A stretch of DNA of 64,000 bases, taken from positions 547,281 through 611,280 of the forward strand of contig RDEW01000036.1 of assembly GCA_011109175.1 (NCBI GenBank). The letters are read 5' to 3'. Numbering within the stretch: position 1 is the first letter of the stretch; each line of letters opens with the position of its first letter. The position numbers were made by a program, and so were the translations under genes. Positions 36,373-47,499 of this stretch are shown in pieces. Under the pieces are notes generated by a model, which ran no database searches, was not told the origin of the DNA, and saw nothing but the letters and a program-made list of their open reading frames with translations. Source of the stretch: Dicyema japonicum (taxonomy: Eukaryota; Animalia; Dicyemida).

Positions 36373-38315
36373 CAGTGTTTCTCAAACTGAAGTCCCCGGT
36401 CCTTTTTGGACCGGGGAACAATCTTTAGTAATTTATATTATTCTACTTATATATTATATTTTTTAAATTATTTTTAATTAAATTTTAAAAAGAACGTGCT
36501 CAATTTTATCCTTGTAGAAATATCTTGTTCAAATAATTCAATGAATAAAAATACATATATCAAATATGGATTCTTAACCGTTAACACCGATAAAACAGAG
36601 TTCACAACACTTACACGCAATGATCGAAGATCGGACGAGTCTTGGAGAAAGCAAAAGAAGGTGGGTTCGCTTCTCGGGGACTCAGAAGATGTTTCTCGGA
36701 GGAAAATCCTCGCAATGTGTGCACTAAAGAAAGTATCGAATATGTGGGGTCATAAGAAGAGGATGGGATTAAACACCAAACTCAGAATATATAAGGCTTT
36801 TGTCATCCCCGTCCTGACCTACAATTCAGGCACTTGGGGAATCTCTAAACAAGAGATGGACCGTCTTGACGCTTTCCACAGGACACAATTGAAATCAGTA
36901 ATCAAGATCAAGTGGCCTAAGAAGATCTCAAACAATGACCTCTACTCGAAGTGCAAATCTGGTATACTATCCGAGGAGATCTTCAGATCAAGATGGAGTC
37001 TCTTTGGACATATCTTACGTCTAAATGCTCAAGTACCCGCGAATATCGCCATGGAAAACTACCTAATGCATACGGGAGCCGGTTTCCGTGGAAGACCAAG
37101 AGTCACACTCCCAACTATTTTGAATGGAGACCTGTCGGCTGTGGGACTGAAGCTCACTTCCGCAGACGACCTAGATACCTTAAGGGAACTGGCACGAAGT
37201 AGAGGGTCCTGGAAAAGGCTGATAGAGAGGATGGCTAGAAATACGGCACAAGGGAGGCTTGATTAATTTTATGACTTCTCGGGAGTGCTTTAAATAATAA
37301 AATAATAATATGGATTCACTCTGATAACTTCTGGCGGTAAAATAAAACCACAATGTGTCCTGTGTTCTGAGCTTTTGGTGTCAACTTCACTTAAGCAGAG
37401 AAAGTTAAAGCGGCATATGGAATCCAAACATTCTAATTCAGTACACAAGGATGTTGATTTATTTTTTCTGGTTGCCGTTCCGGATTTCAAACTTAGTCAA
37501 TGCTATTGGTATACATTGCATGATCCACCGTCATGCATTGATGATGAAAACCATGCCTGACGATTTGAAAAATGTCATAATTAAAACGGTAAACTATATT
37601 AAAGCCAAGGAACTCAATTCTCGTTTTTTGATGACTTATGCAAAGAAAATGACTCTGAATTTGAGACTTTTGTTGCATTCACATGTGAGATGCATTTCAA
37701 AAGGAAAAGTTTTGAAGCGAGTATTTATACTACGAAAAGATGAATTTCTTAAAGACGTCAAATAAAAACTGCATGAAAAATTTCTGACACTCGTTTATTG
37801 ACTTTATTGGCATTTTTGGTGTATATATTTGAATCTGAATTTTGTTAATTTACAACTGCAAGGAAGAGATACCGCAGTCCTCTATTGCCATGAAAAAATG
37901 ACTGGTTTCAAAATGAAACTAGAACTGTGGAATTCGAAATTAAATACAAGTTTTCTACCATTTCCACATCTAAATATATTTATTGATGAAAATGAACTTT
38001 GCATAACTACAGCATTGATGAGATGAAACAACATACATTATTTATTAGAGAAATTTTCTAGGTATTTCTTCGATATTATAAATTTTTAGATATTTTCCTG
38101 ATATGAATTTGATAAGTATTATCGATTTCTCAGCAACCCATTTGCAATTTCAGATAATGATCTCCCTTCTGAAAACCATATAATTCAGGAACATTTATCG
38201 ATTTGTTTAATGATGGATATGCAAAACACGTTTTCAACCAAGTCTCCCTAAGCGATTTTTTGGTTTCAAATGGCTGATTCCTATTGAGAATTGGAAAGAT
38301 GGCACTTAATTTGCC
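36373..38315 (+). mobile_element. Buster/ZBED5-like hAT, degenerate, split by an RTE and truncated by a LINE
   Basis: Left TIR CAGTGTTTCTCAAACT; perfect 10-bp subterminal hairpin at 36393-36417; YIKYGF|T...KPQCVLC...LKRHMESKH; HCMIHRHAL; LLLHSHVR.ISKGKVL. Confidence 0.85.
36574..37306 (+). mobile_element. 5'-truncated RTE inserted in the hAT transposase
   Basis: KKVGSLLG...YKAFVIPVLTYNSGTW...RWSLFGHILR...FRGRPR; 11-bp TSD AATATGGATTC (36563-36573, 37307-37317). Confidence 0.9.
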
Positions 38316-40930
38316 AACAGAAGAGAACATCAGAAAAATACGAGAATTGAACAGAGAGATCGACAATAACACAAAGGCAGAAAATGAAAATAGATGGACG
38401 AGACAATCAAAGGCTACCCAATGCAGAGAGTCTGGAAGTGGATCAAGAACATCAAAAATACCCAATGCAGAGAGTCTGGAAGTGGATCAAGAACATCAAA
38501 AGATCCTCCCAGAGATAAAAGTCGAAGTCTACATAAAACTAGTCACTCCAATAAAATATTATACATCTATCTCTTACAAGAAGTTTTCAAAAGAATACCA
38601 AGTATTCCTGAAAAAGATTGAACCGAAACGCTCCGATGACTGGATCCTATTTACTAGTCAGGATGTCGCAGAGCCATATCCAAAGCCAACAACTCAGAGT
38701 CAAAGGGCCAGTGTGAACTGAAGCACCTAGGCCATATAGCCCTGGAACTATTAGCCTATATATTCAACCTATCCATTAACACAAATACAATCCCTGAAAT
38801 ATGGAAGAAGTCTCTAATCAACCTATCGAAAACCTAACAAATAGAACTATCTTCCTACGCCCAATATCTATTCTGTCCGGTCTCAAGGATCCTTGAAAGG
38901 CTATTATGGAAAAAAGTACAGGACTCACTCTCAATACCTTCGACCATGAACGGATTTTGGATAACCATTCGACCACAACACACCTCACAACCATCACAAC
39001 ATTTATTGCGGAAGGATTTAACTCCCCAAACCCCATCAGAGGACAGTACTTATATCCATGGACATCACAAAAGCGTTCGACTCAGTCCCTAGGAAGCTCA
39101 TTACAAAGAAAATATTTAAAACCAACATCCATCCGAACTGAAACTTTGGCTTGGAAACTTCTTAAATGGAAGACGAGCACAAGTACTCTGCAACAACATC
39201 AAATCAAGATCTCGACACTTTCCAAATGGAATCCCTCAATGTACCCCACTGTCACCCAAAGTCTTCAATCTCTACATAAACGACATGCCACACACCTGTA
39301 ATGAAAACTGCCTAATCCTCTCCTATGCCTACGATGTCATTCTTGCCTCCAAGGATAGAAGTATTCAATCAGCGACTCAGTCCGCTCAACAAATGCTTGA
39401 CAAGCTGGAACTATGGCTCTCGAAGCGGAGACTCGACACATCAGCAACAAAGTCCTTTGTCACACTGTTTACCACCTACAAAAGACAGCTCTGTATCGAA
39501 CCAAAAGTCTTTATGAAGAACGAAGCTATTCCTATTAACTAGGAGTCAACTTTGATCAGGGACTCACCTTTATCCGACATGTTGAGAACAAAGTAACTTC
39601 TGCTCTGAAGAAAATGAGATTATTAAAAGTGCTCTCAAAGTCACTTAGTGGCCTTGCTACAATTTATGAACAATTTATCCGACCAACGATGACGTATGCA
39701 AGTCCTTCCTGGGCAATGCAGATTTCACGATCGTTGTCATTGAAACTATCCGCAATCGAGTAGACTGCAATAAGGTTAATTGGACCAGAACACAGCTACT
39801 TCACCCGCATAATCTTGGAAGCAAGACTATACCCAAACATCAATTATGTTGGTCGAGTGGTCGTAGGAAGACGGCCTTGAAAGGCAACGTAAAAATTCTA
39901 ATCGGATCACCTTGAAATGAAACTCCGGATCAGAGCATTGAATAATGAATTAAAGGCCAAAAAGCTAAGGGCCCAGAAATTGAAGTGGAATCGTGTGCCT
40001 ACAGTAGTAAATCGAAATCGCACTTCAAGAGAAGTGCTGAAAGATATTCTAAACGTAGCAAAAGGTGATGAAATTTCATCTGTGGAGGATTATGTTAAAA
40101 GAAATGTGAACAAGTTGATATAAATTCTACACGAAAATTTCACAAGCACAGGAAATCTGATACAATATTATCACACAGAAAACTGAAGAAAATGTCAAAA
40201 CCGCTCTTTTGAAAAAAGATGTGAGATCGAGACATCCAGAAGGCCACAGAAAGATTAAAAAATTAACCTGTACCGGCTTAATGCCTGAATAATTGAAAAC
40301 TGGTTCATGGTGAATGCAGATCTTCCTTTTTTTTCCTCTGACAGAGTCAGCTTGAAGTTAAACAGGGTCGACAACCCTTTCAACAGATGTCAAAGGATTT
40401 TGAGTGTGAAACTTGATATGCATCTCTGTCTGATACCACATGTGGAAAACATTCTGTTAAATGCGAGAAACTGAACTGAGTAAAAGTTTATCGGGAATAT
40501 GGAAGAGTGGTACTCAGCCGGTCCTGATGAACGTGTACAAACAGTACATCGATCCATGTTTCTCATATGCATGCGCCGCGTGGGGACCACCCATATCTTG
40601 GACAAATATGAGGAAGATCGAGGAAATGCAATAGGGCTTTCACAGTAACGGAACGTTCGATTTGTGGAGATCACCGAACCGGACCTACGCCTCTGGAGAC
40701 CCTTATGAGACTAGACTCCAGATCAAGGGAATGTGGCCTGAAAATTCAGTCAATCTCGTACGTTCATGCGCGGCCACGAGGGAAAAAAATGAGGTCGCTG
40801 TTAGAATGCATCAATTATACGCACGTTATGCGAATAGACGGACTCAAGAGGAGAGTATCGAGCCAAGATGAGGTCTCCATTAGAGCGTGTGGGATCACAT
40901 GAGTAGTTAGTCTTTTGGAATTTTTATTTT
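38316..40930 (+). mobile_element. Two or more degenerate I/Jockey-like LINE fragments in tandem
   Basis: RPISIL, DITKAFDSV, SYAYDVIL at 38800-39400; a second linker and 3' end at 39900-40930; 44-bp tandem duplication at ~38417-38500. Confidence 0.75.
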
Positions 40931-41104
40931 CTTCCTTAAGACCGACATATAAAAAGATTCTAGTTAAAAAAATTCATGATTTCGATGTCTTCATAGTCTA
41001 TAAATGGGTGGGACAAGGGGTTATCCAGCTTGAGAGATGGTGACGTTAATGTATGTCATAGTCCATCAAAGCAACGTCACCAGCTCAACCATCTGATTTA
41101 ATAT

Positions 41105-41575
41105 CTATTTGACTAATTTATTCTCCCGGTATTGCTCCAGAGCCACAAGGAGGTGGCCATACCTATGAGGACGGTAATTTGCAATGCCCCCGTCTGTCGT
41201 CAAGTCATGAAGGAATAGGTTTGAAACGAGTCGGAGAGAGTAAAAAACCCTGGGGTACTCCGTTGGTAGTAATCGTGATCTTGATCTGAAATGTCCACAG
41301 AAACTCTTCCACGTCTTCCAGAGAGAATGCTGGCCAACCAAAACATCAAGTTTGGATGTAATTTGCGGCAAAAATCTTCCCAATGAGTAGTTTCCTCTGA
41401 ACTGTATCGAATGCTTTGTTAATGACAATGAAGACCATCGTTGTAAATGTGCTATTACCAAACACCCTCTCTTGCTGTCAGTAACTGAGATAGCGGAGAT
41501 AAACGAGTAGTGGTAGATCTTACAAACGAAAACAGTGTAGAAATTCAGGTTGAAGATTAACGGAGTAATGGCCAA
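41105..41575 (-). mobile_element. Probable LINE APE endonuclease remnant
   Basis: LDVLVG..HSLW segment resembling GDFNAH..LW; weak. Confidence 0.35.
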
Positions 41576-41741
41576 GAGAACAAGCTACGCATCATATGGT
41601 CCTTCTATCGGGTCAGGACAGTTTTCCTGAGTCTCTGACTTGTGAGAACTCGATGGAACATCCAAGCCATTTGGTAAGTCAAATTAAAAAACATCGTAAC
41701 ATAACCGGATTAACGGTTAAAAGAAAAATAATCATTATCAT

Positions 41742-43011
41742 TAGGGCGATTTTTATTTTGACTTAATAAATCAGAAATTTTGACCTAAAAATTGACTTTA
41801 TTGACTTTAAAATTTCACAATTTTGACCTTTTTTGACTTTATTATGTGGAAGGACACTTTTTCAGATAGTTGTACATATGGAGGAATATGTTGTTTTTCT
41901 ATATTTGTAATAGAAAGGTTGACAGATAATCTCGATTCCAGTACTTCCTGATTCCACATAAATCGTCCCCGAAATGCAATTTCTGAATGTGTTCTACTGC
42001 GTCTCGCAAAATTCCTTAGAACATCGTCTGACAGATAATCGAAGAGTTAGCCGCAGAAGACAATGACGACAAGAAGTTAAAAATATTTTCTTGGGATCAG
42101 AAATTTTTCCAATAAGTGCATTGACATATTTCTGTCCTCGGATATCAATTTCATTAATTAAAAAATTTTCAGATCTATTATTATTAAAAGCACTCACGAG
42201 AATACACAAATTAGTTAAGTTTCCCTTGTTCCGTATTCCTAATCATCCTTTCATAAAATAGTAATAAAAATAATAAACCTGCTAATTTGATATGTTTCTT
42301 AGACGATCTACATGATTCAATAAAAATTGCTTTTTTGCACAAATGTTAGTTAGTTAAACCATATTCGCGTTACCAGTGAAAACTGATTATGGTTTGTGCT
42401 ATTTTTTTCGATTATCCTTTCAGTTAGTCTTCTCCATCCTTTTCGTTGTCGTGCTCGTTTCCTGATTTCGTCCAGATCGTCCGCATCCATCAGTCGGCCC
42501 CCGATCACTGCGTAATCCTCCTCTAGTGTCCTTGGAAGACAACTTCTTGGACGTAGGAGATACAATATGGCCGAAAAAATTCTTCCATGGCGGCATTGCA
42601 TAGTTTCTGTTCACCCATCCGTAGAATATGACCAAAAGGCCACCAGCGTGCTTCAAGTACGTTTTTATTTAAAAACTCGAAAAATTGAAAATAAGAATCA
42701 ATTAAAATTTTGACTTTATTGACCTAAAAAATTAAATTTTGACCTTTTTTGACTTTATACTTTTAATTTATATAATCAAATAAATAAAATAATCAGTTAA
42801 TTTATCCCCAGTAAAGCATATTTAAAACTGCCATCCATCCAAAGTGGACCCCGCCGACATTATCGACGTTGCGCTGCCTCTCACGATTGCAACAGAGATC
42901 AACTGGAGTTATTATAAAAAATATTATTTGATTAAAAACTACATTTTTATAAGTTTTAAACAATTTTAAAGAACATACCAATTTTTGACTTTATTGACAA
43001 AAATCTCCCTA
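41742..43011 (-). mobile_element. CGGBP1-like hAT with both ends, containing a nested RTE 3' fragment (~42330-42660) and the 110-nt module
   Basis: TAGGGCGATTTT...AAAAATCTCCCTA; flanks ATTATCAT / ATTATCAC (7 of 8); NFLINEIDIRGQKYVNALIG remnant. Confidence 0.75.
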
Positions 43012-43299
43012 ATTATCACACTTATGGTCAATTTAACCGTTTAAGTTCGACCCCTTCTAACCTGGGGACCTCCTTTATGGTCTCTAACCTCACATTGTCC
43101 AAAAATTAATTTTAGCATAATTATAAAAATCAAAATCTCGACCTCTTATAACTCAAGTACAACCCCTTTACAGCATAAGGACCATTTATACGCAATTAAG
43201 AGCCCAGTTATGACCTAAATGGATGGTGGACAGACAGAACAGCCAATTTAGTATTTAATAATATATTTTTGAGTAATGTGAAAAAATAAATTAATTAAA

Positions 43300-44931
43300 T
43301 TAGTAATCTAATGGTACAACAACCTCCACATAATTGATAGGGAAATAACCAGTTTTCCCACCAACAGACCCATACATCCAATTTTGGTCCAATCTTGATA
43401 TCAAATCAATACGATTCCCCGTCGAAAATGAAATCTCATCATCCTGCTCTGCTTCAAAGTTGTACAAAGCACGTGCCCACGGTTTATCACCCACTTCAAA
43501 ATTGTTATAGGAAACATTAGTTTGATACGTCATCGTTTCATCCTTTTCAGCATTAGAGGTGGGGACATCATCCTGATAAGTAGTTGTACCAAGATTAGAC
43601 AAATAGGAGGTCGCATCAAAGTGAGAGGGAGGAAAATCACACTGATAAGTAGTTGTACCAAGATTAGACTGGTAGGAGGTCGCATTAAAGTGAGAGGAGG
43701 GAACATCACACTGATAAGTAGTTGTACCAATATTAGACAGGTAGGAAGTCGCATCAAAGTGAGAGGGGGGAACATCACACTGATAAGTAGTTGTACCAAG
43801 ATTAGACTGGTAGGAAGTCGCATCAAAGTGAGAGGGGGGAACATCACACTGATAAGTAGTTGTACCAAGATTAGACTGGTAGGAGGTCGCATCAAAGTGA
43901 GAGGGGGGGACATCACACTGATAAGCCGGTTCACTGTTGGTGGCATAGTTAAATGAAGGAACAAAAGTTTGGGGAGGATTGTCATTATAGTACTCAGCAT
44001 CCTCAGAATAATTATTAACACTCGACATACTCTGTTGGTCAGTGATAGCACGTTGGGTACTAAGATATACACAGAAAACCTACATTTGCTTCAGTGATTC
44101 CAGTAAATCATTAAAATTATCTAAGGACTTTGAGAAGTACTCAGCAAAGGCGGTGGAACACTCCTTCAGCTGGTTGATCTTCTCCAACTACAATAAAGTT
44201 CACTAATACATCATTCGACAGGAAGGAGGCCATGGCTACGGAGCAGGAGTCCCTCGTGGACTCAAATTTGTTCTGGGCCTCTACCAACTCATCGGAGGAG
44301 GGCACCCCGTTATCTAGATTATACCATCCACTACTTTTGCATTTCCTCTTGTTGGAATCAAAGTCCAGTTTCCGACTCATCATCTTCTTGTTAAGGTACT
44401 GGAATAATAAAATCAGCCAACATTGATCTCCTTGAGTTCGTTTGAGTGAAACTGATGAATTGGCTCTAAGAACACCTGGATGATAGTCTCATCCATTTGC
44501 TCTTTATATGAGGACTGCAGTTTCAAGGCATCCGCGAACGAGGAAAGGGCGGAGGCTGGGTTAATCACAACAACAACAATAATTGGGGCAATTGGAAAGT
44601 TCGTTGGCGTATTTACCACACGTCTCTGATAGTAACAAATCTGACTGAGAAGTAGCGTATTTTGATGACTTCCTTCCACTCAGAAGAGAGAGGTGTCCTG
44701 AGCTTGAAGTTATCCTCAGACAGTTTTCCATTCGATCAGTCACTTCATTTATCATGTTCCCGAAGATTTGACAACTCTGTTGTTAGCTAAAGAGAATACC
44801 TTCTCCATTTTAACAAAGTCCTCGTCCAATTCGGTTCCTTTGACAGACCCAATTTTCTGAATGACATACTATATTTATTTTTGAAACATTACCTGATTAG
44901 CTTTGTTCAACTTTTTTGTGATCACCTTCAT
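43300..44931 (-). CDS. Endophilin (N-BAR + SH3) with repeat-expanded linker
   Basis: KKLNKANQYVIQKIGSVKGTELDEDFVKMEK...KMMSRKLDFD...; SH3 ARALYNFEAEQDDEISF..G..I.L...LDQNWMYG...GYFPINYVEV. Seven introns of 21-24 nt (44869-44892, 44777-44799, 44556-44577, 44399-44421, 44314-44334, 44188-44209, 44060-44083). Confidence 0.95.
43579..43923 (-). repeat. Coding tandem repeat, 5 x 69 bp plus a partial unit
   Basis: Unit YQCDVPPSHFDATSYQSNLGTTT (23 aa), in frame within endophilin. Confidence 0.95.
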
Positions 44932-45052
44932 TTACAACAAGAAACAGAAATATGCTTTTAGTTCAATTAAATTTTATTTATTTAAAATTATAAAAACATA
45001 AATAATAAATATTTAAATTTAATAATAAATTATAAGTAGTGATTCCCTCAAT

Positions 45053-45272
45053 CTTTGAAGGTTAGGATAGTCATGTCATTAAACTATTCTGAATCCTTTG
45101 CAGACATAGGTGCAAGAGAGGCACGTCACCACCTCAACCAAAAAAACCTGGACGAGTTGAGGAAACTCTCTTACGATCGAGGAGGTTGGAAGAAGTTGGT
45201 TCGGAGGATTGTTTTGAGTGCTGCATGAGTGAAATTATAACTATTATGATTTTACTAATGTTGCTTATAATA
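45053..45272 (+). mobile_element. Short RTE 3' fragment
   Basis: GRPRHHL...NLDELRKLSYDRGGWKKLV; 11-bp TSD ATTCCCTCAAT (45042-45052, 45273-45283). Confidence 0.85.
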
Positions 45273-45701
45273 ATTCCCTCAATAAGGAACAATTAATAGT
45301 ACTAATCAGTAATTAATTGCTCATTGGTTACGTCAGCAACGTCATTTAATCAGTTTATTCGACTATTCTCATTATAATGACAATTCTGTTGATAAATCGT
45401 GGGGGTCACAGCTCAAAGGGTCATCCAATTAAGAAGGGGGAATGAAGTGAGGGTCTTTTGGCGTTAAGTTTGGCACAACTATCGCAGCTAGGAAGTGACC
45501 CACATCGAGGAACGGTGAGTGACCGTGTGATATGTTCCTTTGACCAGGTTCCCTTATTGATGCCCCATGTGAATAAATAATAGTGGGGAGTATTACATAG
45601 CCAATATCTCCCATGACAGTTAATAATTCTACTCGTGTCAGAATTCCAGGAATGATTAATGCATCGATTATTAAAAACTTCCGCACAGTAAATTGAACCA
45701 T

Positions 45702-46134
45702 TTAATAAGCATACAAATAATCACTGTGGAATATTAATCGTTGAATTTTTTAGTTTGGCGGTCAATTCGTCGATAAATTCCTGGTATTTTTGGTTGGATG
45801 ATACGTCGGCTGAGTTGTCCTATATATTAGGTAGGCTAAACCTTTATGAATTTGACCATTTCCGACTGAGTCTTAAAGTCCCAAATGTCCGCGACAAGAC
45901 ACTCAAAGTCGTCATCATCCTCAATCTGAGTAGAATACATTAGAATACATTCCTGAGAGCACCGACGGTTTTGGTTATGTATCCTTCGATCCCCATTTTC
46001 TCTTTGATTCCAGAGATCAGATTCTTGTCATACCTTTGAGTGAGCATTCGCTTCCTATCCATGAGTCCTTTGGATTCCCCTTTCATCTTTGTTTCTGTCA
46101 TTTTTACTTTTTTCGGACATTGTTTTGAATCCAT
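45702..46134 (-). CDS. PPP1R14 / CPI-17-like PP1 inhibitor
   Basis: RMLTQRYDK...IEGYI...L.NIEDDDDF...DIWD...EFIDELTAKLK resembles CPI-17 RVTVKYDR...DFIQELLAKL; introns 45926-45948 and 45820-45841 keep the frame. Confidence 0.7.
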
Positions 46135-46199
46135 TTTACTTTAATTTAAATCCTATTTTAATTTATTATTAAATATTTTTTTAATAATAAATATTTATT

Positions 46200-47428
46200 T
46201 ATTATCTTTTTCCCAATTTTTATTTGATAACATCGGGTACACCGACAAAGAAGTCAATTGTTAGACTTATCCATCGTCGTGGAAACAGAGATCCACCACT
46301 GTCACAAAGTCCACCCAGAACTAACAGGAAAAAACGCATCCAGTCCTTGCAGTTATGGGAACCCCTCGAGTAGAATGGAAGAGCAAGGATTATTGTTAGC
46401 AACATCCTAGCCACTAAACGAGCAGGTCTCATTAGGGATATTTTTAAGAGTAATTCCGCCTATTTCCAAGACTAATGGTGGATTTATCATAAATGGGCTA
46501 ATCCAATAATCCAAAGATATAATCATATAAATATCATTTTAAATATTTGACGCTTCCAAATATGAAACAAGTTACAAGCACGCAATTATAGTCTCTATTA
46601 CCACATTGTGATATCCCACATAGATATTCCAAGTCACCAAGAGAACGTAAAGCTAAAAGACAATCCAACAGATTCGACGTGATCTGGCGTGTTGGATATC
46701 CTTACATATATTTGGTAATAGAAAGGAATTATTAAAATAAGGAAAAGGTCTTCGTGTTTCCTCAAGAGACTAGGACATCTGACTACTCTCAGGAGCCAGT
46801 ATGTCCGTATCCACGCTCCAGTTGATCTTTATTGCTCGGGAGAGGTAACATGTATCCTTGTGGACATTTTGTTGAGCTTTCAGTTATCAAGAATATTTTA
46901 GTGTACGGGATCATGTGAATAACTCGAGGTAAGACGAATAAGGTTACTGAAATCGAGATCACCCGATGGCCTTTCTCTTAATAACGGCGGTAACTATCCT
47001 CTGATAATCAGTGAACACAGAATGACTCAACATGACTTTCAAAGCACTGGTCTTGTCAATTATTACCCAGTTCATATCTATGTTTAACAGAGAGTTGCCA
47101 TGTCCACAGTTTGAATAAGCCAGATTTACTTTGGATGTCCCTCAGTGGAGAAGATTCTGATTAACCTTTAGGATTGAGTCTTTGAACACTCTTGCGGAGA
47201 ATAAATCGTGTGTATCTGCTTCGAACGATCTCGGCCATGGAGACCAGGTGAGATGGAGGATAGTATCCGAGACAGGTCACAGGATGTCATAATGATTGTT
47301 CTTATATTAATGCACTTGCAAAATAATGACCCTGGGATCATGTGAGGTAATTTCAACCCTTTCTGTGCAAATATTACTAACATTTTATCCCAAACTATCA
47401 ACACAGTCCGTCCCTCACGATCAGCCAT
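46200..47428 (-). CDS. Probable multi-exon host gene, unidentified (bounds approximate)
   Basis: Long stop-free segments (e.g. SRYTRFILRKSVQRLNPK|TSKVNLAYSNCGHG...YQRIVTAV) with short GT-AG gaps. Confidence 0.35.
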
Positions 47429-47499
47429 TATTATTGAACCAAAAAACCACTGTCAAATCCAAAATAACAAAATTCAGGTGATCCCAGCCTCCCTCACCA

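Noticed and set aside
43522-44072. Repetitive ORFs and a CRISPR-like look of the 69-bp array
   Set aside because: Other frames of the endophilin repeat; units are contiguous with no unique spacers, and the genome is eukaryotic.
17974-46134. Ciliate origin or alternative genetic code, suggested by the tiny introns
   Set aside because: Exons lack in-frame TAA/TAG, these codons end the genes, and Pax, HLH and PPP1R14 are animal-type.
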